A DNA stretch of 64,000 nt from Thermodesulfobacteriota bacterium. GTDB lineage: Bacteria; Desulfobacterota; Desulfobulbia; Desulfobulbales; SURF-16. The DNA lies in the NCBI GenBank assembly GCA_039715015.1, contig JBDLIE010000002.1, positions 1 through 64,000 of the forward strand, written 5' to 3'. Numbering within the stretch: position 1 is the stretch's first letter; every line of letters starts with the position of its first letter. Shown piece after piece: positions 51,624 to 59,502 of this stretch. The notes beneath the pieces are model-generated. The model did no database searches. It saw only the letters and a list, made by a program, of their open reading frames with translations, and was not told the DNA's origin. Position numbers and translations under genes: made by a program.

Positions 51624-53344
51624 ATTTCCTGGGCTCATTTTTTAACAGAACCGATTCTTACCATGGTCGCATCACCTTGGTTTTTATCCTGCTCGCAGCT
51701 ATATTGGAAGGAGCCCTGGCCAGTTACTGGCTCTTTGCCCTTGAACCACGTCTTCGTTCCGAGGCATCTGCATACTCTCAGGCCTTATCCACAGCCCAGG
51801 CCCAGATTCTTGCATTTGAAATCTCCGGGAAAGGAGATGGCCAGCGTGAGGAAAAGCTGAGCCTTGCCATGGACAAGATTCTCCTTTTCCGCGTCCCGCA
51901 ATCACAAAAACCCTTTACAAAGAAAATTAGACTGGAACTTGATTACGATGTAGTCAAAGCCCCTCCAGGCTCACTTGACTTCAGCTTTGGAGCCAGAGAA
52001 CCAAGCAACTGCGTCACGGTCTCCATCGCCCTTTTTTCGCCAATATCCAGGGAACTGCTCGGCATTGCCCATTTCAGCAACAACCGGGCTGTTATCGAAG
52101 ACCTGGAAAGGGAGGTCCGTACTAAACTTACCCTGGCTTCGGCATTAATCATCCTTCTGCTCATTGTCGTTTGGCTTACCATTTCCAGTCTCAATGCGCG
52201 TCTCAGCAACTATGCCGAAGACCTGGCAAGGGCCAGGGAGATTTCTGAAAAGACCATTGCCTCGCTGCAGGATTCGCGCATAGCCTTAAATCCGGAGGGG
52301 AATATTACCGAAATCAATCCCTACTCGGCAAACCTTCTTGGATATGATGAAAAAGAAATGATTGGCCGGCACATCAGTGAGTTCCTCAAAGAGTCGCACC
52401 TCTTCAGGGGGACACATCTGCAGCAATTTATCGAGGAAACAACCTTTGCCAACACAGAGCTTCATTTTATCAATAAAGATGAAACCATCACTGATATGAT
52501 GTTTTCTGCGGCCATGGTACATGACCCAGAGGGAAATTTTAACGGCATTATCTGTATCGGAAAAGATGTCACCGCCCTCAACGAAGCCAAGCGGGAGATA
52601 GAGGAAAAACAAACCCAGATGATCCACGCCGGCCGCCTCAGCGCCCTGGGAGAAATGGCGACAGGTATAGCCCACGAGCTTAATCAACCGCTGTATATTA
52701 TCCGCCTTGCTGCTGATTGTCTCCGCGATTATTTTAAACGTAACGCTGCAGAAGCTATTGAGGCAACAGATGTCGACAAGATCATCAGTCAGGTGGAACG
52801 CTCCACAACAATCATTAATAGTATGCGCTCTTTTGGTCGGGCTGAAACAGGTGAAATGCGCCCTGTTAATATTGCTAAGCCGCTGAATCTGGCCCTCTCC
52901 TTCTTCCATCAACAATTTAGAAAAAACAACCTTGTTCTCAGGGAAGAAATCGACGGGGACCTTCCACAGGTCCAAGCTAATGCCCAAAAATTCGAGCAGA
53001 TAGTTATTAATTTTCTCTCTAATGCTCGCTACGCCGTCACCAAACAGCTGGAAAAAGAAAATGGCGAATATACCCCTGAGGTCCTTATCCGTCTTTACCA
53101 GGATGAAAAAGATGATCGTCTCATTTTTGAAGTAGAGGATAATGGCACGGGTATGAACACAGATGAGCTTGACCGGTGCCTGGAACCCTTTTTCACCTCT
53201 AAGGAAGTTGGCCAGGGCACTGGCCTGGGCCTCTCCATTGTTCATGGTCTTGTTAATGAAATGGGTATGGAGCTTGTGGTGGGCAGCACTGAGGGAAAAG
53301 GCAGTATATTTCGAATTTTTATGATACCCGCAGACAACAATTAA
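51620..53344 (+). CDS. Membrane sensor histidine kinase with a PAS domain
   Basis: Two TMs, PAS domain, H-box GEMATGIAHELNQPL, N-box, EPFFTSKEVGQGTGLGLSI. Confidence 0.92.
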   Translation: MNFLGSFFNRTDSYHGRITLVFILLAAILEGALASYWLFALEPRLRSEASAYSQALSTAQAQILAFEISGKGDGQREEKLSLAMDKILLFRVPQSQKPFTKKIRLELDYDVVKAPPGSLDFSFGAREPSNCVTVSIALFSPISRELLGIAHFSNNRAVIEDLEREVRTKLTLASALIILLLIVVWLTISSLNARLSNYAEDLARAREISEKTIASLQDSRIALNPEGNITEINPYSANLLGYDEKEMIGRHISEFLKESHLFRGTHLQQFIEETTFANTELHFINKDETITDMMFSAAMVHDPEGNFNGIICIGKDVTALNEAKREIEEKQTQMIHAGRLSALGEMATGIAHELNQPLYIIRLAADCLRDYFKRNAAEAIEATDVDKIISQVERSTTIINSMRSFGRAETGEMRPVNIAKPLNLALSFFHQQFRKNNLVLREEIDGDLPQVQANAQKFEQIVINFLSNARYAVTKQLEKENGEYTPEVLIRLYQDEKDDRLIFEVEDNGTGMNTDELDRCLEPFFTSKEVGQGTGLGLSIVHGLVNEMGMELVVGSTEGKGSIFRIFMIPADNN

Positions 53345-53401
53345 GGTACAATTCCCATCTAAAATTTTTAAACTATACCTTCGCATCCACGAACTTCAAT
53401 T

Positions 53402-55081
53402 ATGAGTTTGCCATCAAAAAATAATATAGGCACCATCCTACTGGTTGATGATGAACCGGAAATTCTTGAGCTTCTTCAACGCCAGCTTGAAGTAAGAAAT
53501 TTCTCCATCTTCACTGCCCAATCAGGTAATGAAGCCCAGGTCATACTGCAGGACAACAGTATTGATATACTAGTTACGGATGTCCGAATGCCTGGGATGG
53601 ACGGCATTAGCCTTCTGGAAAAGGCTTTGGAGAAGCAACCTGATCTTCAGTCAGTGGTTATAACCGGCCATGGCGACCTCGATACAGCCCTACGCGCCAT
53701 GCGCTTGGGTGCCTATAATTTCCTCTTAAAACCAGTTGGCGTTTCAGAACTGGAAATCACCTTAAAAAACTGTCTGGAGAAAATTTACCTCAAAAGAAAA
53801 ATAACCCTTCAACAGGAAGCGTTGCAAAAAGCCCATGATGAGCTTGAGGTCCGCGTAGCGCAGAGAACCAAAGAGCTTACCCACGTTAATCGATCACTCT
53901 CGGCGGAGATTGATCTTAATGCCCGGGTCTTTGAGGATTTACAGAAGAAAGATCAACAGCTTCGCCATTCTCAGAAAATGGAGGCCTTAGGGTCGCTGGC
54001 CGGCGGCATTGCCCATGACTTCAATAATCTGCTCATGGGTATCCAGGGTCACGTTTCCCTGCTCATATCCCATTACGATTCCTCTAAGCCGGAATTTTCC
54101 CATCTCGTGAGCGTAGAAAACCTCGTGGAGAGCGGTGGGCGCCTTACCCGCCAACTCCTTGGTTATGCCAGGCAAGGCCAATACGATGTCCAGCTTCTTA
54201 ATTTACATGACCTCATCCATGCCCTTATGGAGACCTTTTCAAGGACGCGTAAAGAAATTTCTGTTCATAGCGACCTGACAGCAGAGACTCTCATCATTAA
54301 TGCTGACCAAGGCCAGATTGAACAGGTTCTCTTCAACCTCTTTATTAATGCTGCTGATGCCATGCCTGACGGCGGTAGCCTTACCATAACGAGTAAACGT
54401 GTTCCTTACAAAAACATTAAAGACAAACTGGTTGAGGGCATTCGGGGCGACTACATACATCTGGCAGTTACAGATACAGGAACTGGAATACCTGATGACA
54501 TCAAGCTTCAGATCTTTGAACCCTTTTTCACCACCAAAGATATCTCCCGTGGCACGGGTCTGGGCCTGGCCTCTACATACGGCATTGTTGCTGCCTATGG
54601 TGGACATATTGAGTTAGATTCCACCATGGGTGAAGGTTCGACATTCCATATCTACCTCCCTGCCTCGGCGGAGAGCCCTGCCGTATCTGGCCGGACCTCG
54701 GCGCTCAGCAGTCAAACACCGGAAGGAACCATCTTGCTGGTCGATGACGATGAGTCCATCCGGGAAACTGCTCAGGAGCTTCTTGAGGCAAGGGGATTCC
54801 AGGTGATAACGGCGGAAGATGGTTATTATGCCGTGGAGATTTATCGAGAAAAAGGAGAGCAGATCAGTCTTGTTGTTCTTGATATGATCATGCCCCGGAT
54901 GGGAGGGAGTGAGACCTTCGATAAATTGCGCGAGATGGATCCAGACATCAAGGTGCTGCTCTCTACCGGCTACAGTATTGAAGGGCAAGCCAATGAAATT
55001 GTCAGCCGAGGCTGCGCCGGTTTTATCCAAAAGCCCTTTAACATGGCTGATCTCACCAAGAAAGTTATGGAGATCATTTAG
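53402..55081 (+). CDS. Hybrid REC-HisKA-HATPase-REC sensor kinase/response regulator
   Basis: LLVDDE...TDVRMP...KP, AGGIAHDFNN, GTGLGLA, second receiver LDMIMP...QKPF. Confidence 0.92.
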   Translation: MSLPSKNNIGTILLVDDEPEILELLQRQLEVRNFSIFTAQSGNEAQVILQDNSIDILVTDVRMPGMDGISLLEKALEKQPDLQSVVITGHGDLDTALRAMRLGAYNFLLKPVGVSELEITLKNCLEKIYLKRKITLQQEALQKAHDELEVRVAQRTKELTHVNRSLSAEIDLNARVFEDLQKKDQQLRHSQKMEALGSLAGGIAHDFNNLLMGIQGHVSLLISHYDSSKPEFSHLVSVENLVESGGRLTRQLLGYARQGQYDVQLLNLHDLIHALMETFSRTRKEISVHSDLTAETLIINADQGQIEQVLFNLFINAADAMPDGGSLTITSKRVPYKNIKDKLVEGIRGDYIHLAVTDTGTGIPDDIKLQIFEPFFTTKDISRGTGLGLASTYGIVAAYGGHIELDSTMGEGSTFHIYLPASAESPAVSGRTSALSSQTPEGTILLVDDDESIRETAQELLEARGFQVITAEDGYYAVEIYREKGEQISLVVLDMIMPRMGGSETFDKLREMDPDIKVLLSTGYSIEGQANEIVSRGCAGFIQKPFNMADLTKKVMEII

Positions 55082-55108
55082 TTTAGCGAGAAATTAGAAT
55101 CTTACTTT

Positions 55109-55807
55109 TCAGTTGGACGCTGTTCTCGCTTTTTTCACGGCTGCCATGATCTTTTTCACTGTAATGGGGAAAAGGCCAAGAATAATAAAAGAAACCAGCA
55201 GCCCCGGGGAAAGAATCCCTGCCAACGAATCAATCTGACCAAGCTCTTTACCGGCGTTGACATAGACAATGGTGCCCGGCAACATACCGAGCTGCGAAAT
55301 CCAATAAAATTTCCAAAGAGAGAGCCTGGTCACTCCCATTACCAAGTTAATAACAAAAAAGGGAAAGACAGGGACAAGACGCAGGCTGAAAAGGTAAAAA
55401 CCTCCCTCTTCGGCAATGCCCTTGTTAATGGCCTCAAGACGATCTCCAAATCGGCTTTGAACCCAGTCCTGCAGAATAAAACGGGCCACGAAACAGGCTA
55501 CAGTTGCCCCTATTGTCGAAGCAAAAGAGACAATCACAGAGCCGGCAGTCACTCCAAACAGGGCTCCACCGGCTAAGGTCATGATGGCCGCCCCCGGCAG
55601 GGAGAGAGCGGTGACCATAATATAGATTGCCATATAAGTGGCAACGACAAGAAAGGTCTTTTCAGCATAAAGTTCCTGAAACCGGGCCTGGGAGCCCTTA
55701 ATATATTCCAGGCTGAGATACTGCCCCAGGTCGAAATAAAAAAAGAGGCCCACTGCCACAGCTCCAGCAGCGACCACAATCAGTTTTTTTGCTATTTCCG
55801 GTTTCAT
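55109..55807 (-). CDS. TVP38/TMEM64 (DedA superfamily) membrane protein
   Basis: ALSLPGAAIMTLAGGALFG, SLRLVPVFPFFVINL, SQLGMLPGTIVYVNAG. Confidence 0.9.
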   Translation of the reverse strand: MKPEIAKKLIVVAAGAVAVGLFFYFDLGQYLSLEYIKGSQARFQELYAEKTFLVVATYMAIYIMVTALSLPGAAIMTLAGGALFGVTAGSVIVSFASTIGATVACFVARFILQDWVQSRFGDRLEAINKGIAEEGGFYLFSLRLVPVFPFFVINLVMGVTRLSLWKFYWISQLGMLPGTIVYVNAGKELGQIDSLAGILSPGLLVSFIILGLFPITVKKIMAAVKKARTASN

Positions 55808-56799
55808 ATTAAAAAAATTCTCCGTCCCGCCGCATAGGCACCAAGTAAGGCGGTGCGGGGATGGTTGATTATATTAATAGAGAAGGACTCGACCAAAGAA
55901 CTCATTTGGCCGCGATCAACAAAACGGTCAACAAAACGCTGAGAATCCATGAGAGGGGCAACGTGTAAAAGCATACCTCCCCCTAGGTAAATACCACCTT
56001 CAGGTAACAAGGTGACCGCAAGATTGCCGCAAAACTCGGCCAGTAAATCAAAAAATATTTCATAGGTCCGGGTGCTGATTGGGCAATCAATCCCTTTATT
56101 GACAACCCGGGCCGATAATATCGCCCCAAGATGGTGCGAACTTTCCAGCTGGGTCTCCAGCTCATCAGAAACAGCCATTCCGCTCTTCTGCAGGAAGGAA
56201 AAAATATTCCCTAGTCCTGTTCCAGAACAGACCATCTCAACAGAGACATGTCCATACTGATCATGCAGGAAAGAGTATAGTTTGCTCTCAACTTCGTTAC
56301 GTGGGGCAAAACTGAGGTGTCCTGCTTCAGTGGCCTGCACAGGGAAACCTGTTTTGCCGCTGGCTCCGAATGCTGCCCCCAGCCCCGTACCAGGAGCCAC
56401 TGCCAACCGGGTCCCAAGGGGCAGAATATTTCCTTGTTTGACTAATGCCAAATCGTCGCTATCAAGAAGGCCTACTCCCTCAGCGAGGGCAGCCAAGTCA
56501 TTCAGCAACAAAACGCCCTTGAGGCTGAAATTCTTCTTCAGGGCTGTTGCTTCTGTCTGCCATGGCAGATTGGTAAAAGAAACTTGTTGGTCTTGAACCG
56601 GACCAGCAACTGCCAGACTAAGAAAATCAACCTGACCATCAAAATAGTCGAGGCAGGCGCTTACTGCGGCCACACAGGAATCATAGTCCTTGCTTGCAAA
56701 GACGCCTTCGACCACTGGTGAGAAAACAGGGTCAGCGGTATCAATAACGGCAAAGTCAATTTTTGTCCCGCCTATATCAGCAACAAGAAGTTTTGACAT
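55804..56799 (-). CDS. glk: Glucokinase (E. coli Glk type)
   Basis: LVADIGGT, AVAGPV, TNLPW, LLNDL, PGTGLG, TEAGH, SVEMVCSGTGL, GGIYLGGG. Confidence 0.9.
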   Translation of the reverse strand: MSKLLVADIGGTKIDFAVIDTADPVFSPVVEGVFASKDYDSCVAAVSACLDYFDGQVDFLSLAVAGPVQDQQVSFTNLPWQTEATALKKNFSLKGVLLLNDLAALAEGVGLLDSDDLALVKQGNILPLGTRLAVAPGTGLGAAFGASGKTGFPVQATEAGHLSFAPRNEVESKLYSFLHDQYGHVSVEMVCSGTGLGNIFSFLQKSGMAVSDELETQLESSHHLGAILSARVVNKGIDCPISTRTYEIFFDLLAEFCGNLAVTLLPEGGIYLGGGMLLHVAPLMDSQRFVDRFVDRGQMSSLVESFSINIINHPRTALLGAYAAGRRIFLI

Positions 56800-56859
56800 T
56801 GAGAGTACGCAAATCCCTGGACTGCCCCGCCCAGCGGCAGGGTGGACGGGGTTAACGAA

Positions 56860-57273
56860 TTATATTTCTTCCACCGGGAACTTGGCCTTGAACCACTGAC
56901 GCCAGCCCCCCTGCAAAGCATAAACATTTGTATAACCTGCATTTAAAAGCTTCTGCGCCAAACTGGCGCTGGTAAACTCATTAGCTCAGGCGCAGTAGAG
57001 AACCAGGGTCGTCTCCTTGGCATAAGAAGAAGCCCATTGAAGGATTTCCCCTTCACGCCGCACGGCTCCCTTAATCTTGAACCCGCTGGACTTCCAATCT
57101 CGGCCGGCACGAACATCAACCACAACAAGGTTGTCTTTCCCTAATTTATCCCGAAGTTCTTCCTTGCTCATTCGTTTAACATTTTGACCAAAGGCAAGGG
57201 TTGTCGCCAGACAGAAAAATAGAGCCGACACAACTATCAAAGCACGGCTCATCCGTTGACACATCATTGTCAT
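56860..57273 (-). CDS. Secreted rhodanese-related selenoprotein (Sec at TGA 56986-56988)
   Basis: The rhodanese domain continues through an in-frame TGA: ...VLYCA-U-ANEFTSASLAQKLLNAGYTNVYALQGGWRQWFKAKFPVEEI*(TAA 56860-56862). Signal peptide present. RBS spacing favours ATG 57267 as the start. Confidence 0.88.
56947..56985 (-). promoter_or_regulatory. SECIS-like element of the rhodanese selenoprotein
   Basis: 16 nt after the UGA: GCGCCA-GTT-TGGCGC hairpin with G first in the loop; lower stem GAGTTT/AAGCTT. Confidence 0.75.
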
Positions 57274-57691
57274 CCTCCTTGGATTAGTACTTGTTCACGT
57301 CTAATGATTAAACTGAGAGTCCCGTGGACAGGACCATCATAGCAAAACTTTTTAAAAAGACTAAGGGCTCCGAGTCAGTCCAGTCGAGGGTCATGGCAGC
57401 CATGATCAAAATGCTTCCAGCAAAAAGATGGGGCCATTTTCGTCCAACTGTAGCCCGAGCCACCGCAAAATGGCTAAGGCTGCAGGGTAAGGATGTGAAA
57501 AGTTACAACCAGAACAATACTCAAAAGAAAAAGCCAATCAACCATGGCCATGCCATTACCCAGCAAGACCTCAGTCTCAGACGAGACAAGGAGCGTCATC
57601 AACAGGGGTGTAGGTGCACGATGGCTTGTCATGGGACCTTTTTTCGTATCAGGTCAATTTTGAGACGCCCTGAGAAATTGCCTTGACCACC

Positions 57692-58201
57692 TTAATATTT
57701 TCTCTCCAAAGGCCAATATTTCTCTGTGGGCCCTAAGCGTTCAAACAACCTGTCGGGCCATCCCAGACAATAAAAGGCTTCTGCATGTCCTTCCATTGCT
57801 GTTACGCTTTTTTCCCAGTCATTGCCGGCATTACGCTTCTCACAGTGGATCAGATTACCATCTATATGACCTCGTATAAGGGCACGTTTTGCATCATACT
57901 GATGGGAGCAACAGCCGCCCCCAACAACTGTTTGACCGACAAAACTGTTGCCATCTTGGATAATTGAAACGGCTTCGGCATAACCAAGCCATACCTCCCA
58001 GTGCCCGTTGAGATCATAAACAACCTTCTCCTCACCCGTGTTGGGATCCATATAAACCGTAGTATTAGGGTCACTTTGGGTGGGATAGTAATCAGGTGTC
58101 AAATCAGTGCGATTCGGCGGGGAATTTAAAGAAACACAACCCGTGAGCAGGAACAGGGTCATTAAGACTGTTGGGTAAAGAGGATGCAAAAATAATTTCA
58201 T
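57692..58201 (-). CDS. Hypothetical lipoprotein
   Basis: Lipobox LTGC; AGGAG RBS; four further Cys residues; DLNGHW beta-strand-like motif. Confidence 0.75.
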   Translation of the reverse strand: MKLFLHPLYPTVLMTLFLLTGCVSLNSPPNRTDLTPDYYPTQSDPNTTVYMDPNTGEEKVVYDLNGHWEVWLGYAEAVSIIQDGNSFVGQTVVGGGCCSHQYDAKRALIRGHIDGNLIHCEKRNAGNDWEKSVTAMEGHAEAFYCLGWPDRLFERLGPTEKYWPLERKY

Positions 58202-58211
58202 AGAGAACTCC

Positions 58212-58652
58212 TTAATCCGATCCCTCTACCAGCCTGTCTAAAATCAGGCCATAAAAGGAAGATTTACCAGCTGCTTCATAAAACCAGCCCAAATGTGTCT
58301 TGCAGGAACGACAAAGGGCAAAACACCAAGCATGGGGAGGAAACCAACTGTATTTCTCCGTGGCCCTGCCCTGCCGAGCACAACCAGGAGCCAAGGAAAA
58401 ACAACCTATCTCAAAAACAATGCCCTCCGGATTAGGAAATGAGTGGTAGTGTTTAGCCAGCACCCTGACGCGTTCCTCTTTGCTGGTCACCGGTTCATTG
58501 CACTGCCTGCAATATAAAATTTCTGCTCCGCCATTGGCATATTCTTTGTCCTTGCCTTCCACCACCGGAGCCTGTCCTTGATCATATTCACGAAAAAAAC
58601 AGGGCTGAGTGGCTGGCAACCAGAACTTACCATGTCTACCGCTCATCATCAT
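58212..58652 (-). CDS. Cereblon family (CULT domain) protein
   Basis: CRQC...NPEG...SWFPPHAW...CRSCKTHLGWFY...FYGL: two CxxC Zn pairs and the tri-Trp cage; start uncertain (58646-58706). Confidence 0.9.
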   Translation of the reverse strand: MMMSGRHGKFWLPATQPCFFREYDQGQAPVVEGKDKEYANGGAEILYCRQCNEPVTSKEERVRVLAKHYHSFPNPEGIVFEIGCFSLAPGCARQGRATEKYSWFPPHAWCFALCRSCKTHLGWFYEAAGKSSFYGLILDRLVEGSD

Positions 58653-58726
58653 GGCTGGTTTAAAAAACCTTAAAATAGTGAGAAGATTCTGAAGGAAATA
58701 TTCCAAAAAAAATCACAGGAGGTATT

Positions 58727-58933
58727 TCAGCCAATGAACGCCGGTCTCTCTGTATCGCCGGTATAATAACAAAAACGGCTCCAGATGAACTCCCTGCCGC
58801 TCATGGGACAACGCAAGGTTATATTCTTTTCGTCAATGGCGACAACCCGCCAGTCCCCTTTACGCTTACCGCCATCGATATAGATCATTTCGCCCACGGT
58901 AAACTCGTAGGGTGAAAACCGCCGTACCTTCAT
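58727..58933 (-). CDS. Small hypothetical protein (SH3/KOW-like beta composition)
   Basis: 68 aa from ATG 58933 after AAGGAGG; FSPYEFTVGEMIYIDGGKRKGDWRV...LRCPMSGREFIWSRFCY. Confidence 0.75.
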   Translation of the reverse strand: MKVRRFSPYEFTVGEMIYIDGGKRKGDWRVVAIDEKNITLRCPMSGREFIWSRFCYYTGDTERPAFIG

Positions 58934-58984
58934 GGGGACCTCCTTGTATGTTAAGGGCAATTATCAAATAACCCCTTAATTCCA

Positions 58985-59014
58985 TTGACAGAATGAAAGA
59001 TTGCTCATTACCAT
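58985..59014 (+). promoter_or_regulatory. Sigma-70-type promoter of the UxxC selenoprotein gene
   Basis: TTGACA-N18-TACCAT, about 45 nt upstream of ATG 59059. Confidence 0.5.
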
Positions 59015-59058
59015 GGTTAGTAATCTTTATATCATACTGGCAAAAAAGGAGAAATTCT

Positions 59059-59400
59059 ATGAGTATTGACTGGGCCTATATGCGCAAGGGATGAGTTTCC
59101 TGCAAAAAAGCTTGGGGGGCTCTCAAGCAAAGCAAGACAAGTATCAGTGAAGAAGTAGATGCCAAGAAAGAAACCCTGGCAGGTGAAGCGGTCTGGAAGG
59201 CCGTAAAAGACGCTAAACTGATCTATGTTGCCAGTGGCAAGAAAACACTGAAATTTTCCCCAAGCACGGATAGTAAAGATGAAATCATGAAGAAAATAGT
59301 GGGGCGCACCGGCAATCTGCGCGCACCAACACTTCGTTGCGGAGCCACATTTTTCATCGGCTACAACAGCGACCTATACCAGCAGTTTACCGACTCATAG
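59059..59400 (+). CDS. ArsC/Spx-like thioredoxin-fold selenoprotein with a UxxC motif (Sec at TGA 59092-59094)
   Basis: AAGGAG RBS; MSIDWAYMRKG-U-VSCKKAW...IVGRTGNLRAPTLRCGATFFIGYNSDLYQQFTDS*; 113 aa; absent from the ORF track. Confidence 0.88.
59095..59138 (+). promoter_or_regulatory. SECIS-like element of the ArsC-like selenoprotein
   Basis: GCTTGGGG-GGC-TCTCAAGC hairpin starting 15 nt after the UGA, with a G-led loop; lower stems TGC/GCA and GTTT/AGAC. Confidence 0.72.
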
Positions 59401-59502
59401 AAAATACACCTGAAGACAGCAGCGCAAAGCCTCTTTTAGCATTTTATACCTCTGCCTGAAACGCTGTCTTTTTCCTCTCCATCACAAACATCTTATCAAA
59501 AC

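Noticed and set aside
57324..57686. 120-aa plus-strand ORF
   Set aside because: Opposite to all flanking genes, no RBS or motif; a decayed minus-strand gene explains the region better
58667..58729. Possible Sec read-through of the TGA ending the small protein (G*NTSC)
   Set aside because: No SECIS-like hairpin follows; the extension is short, AT-rich and out of frame with cereblon
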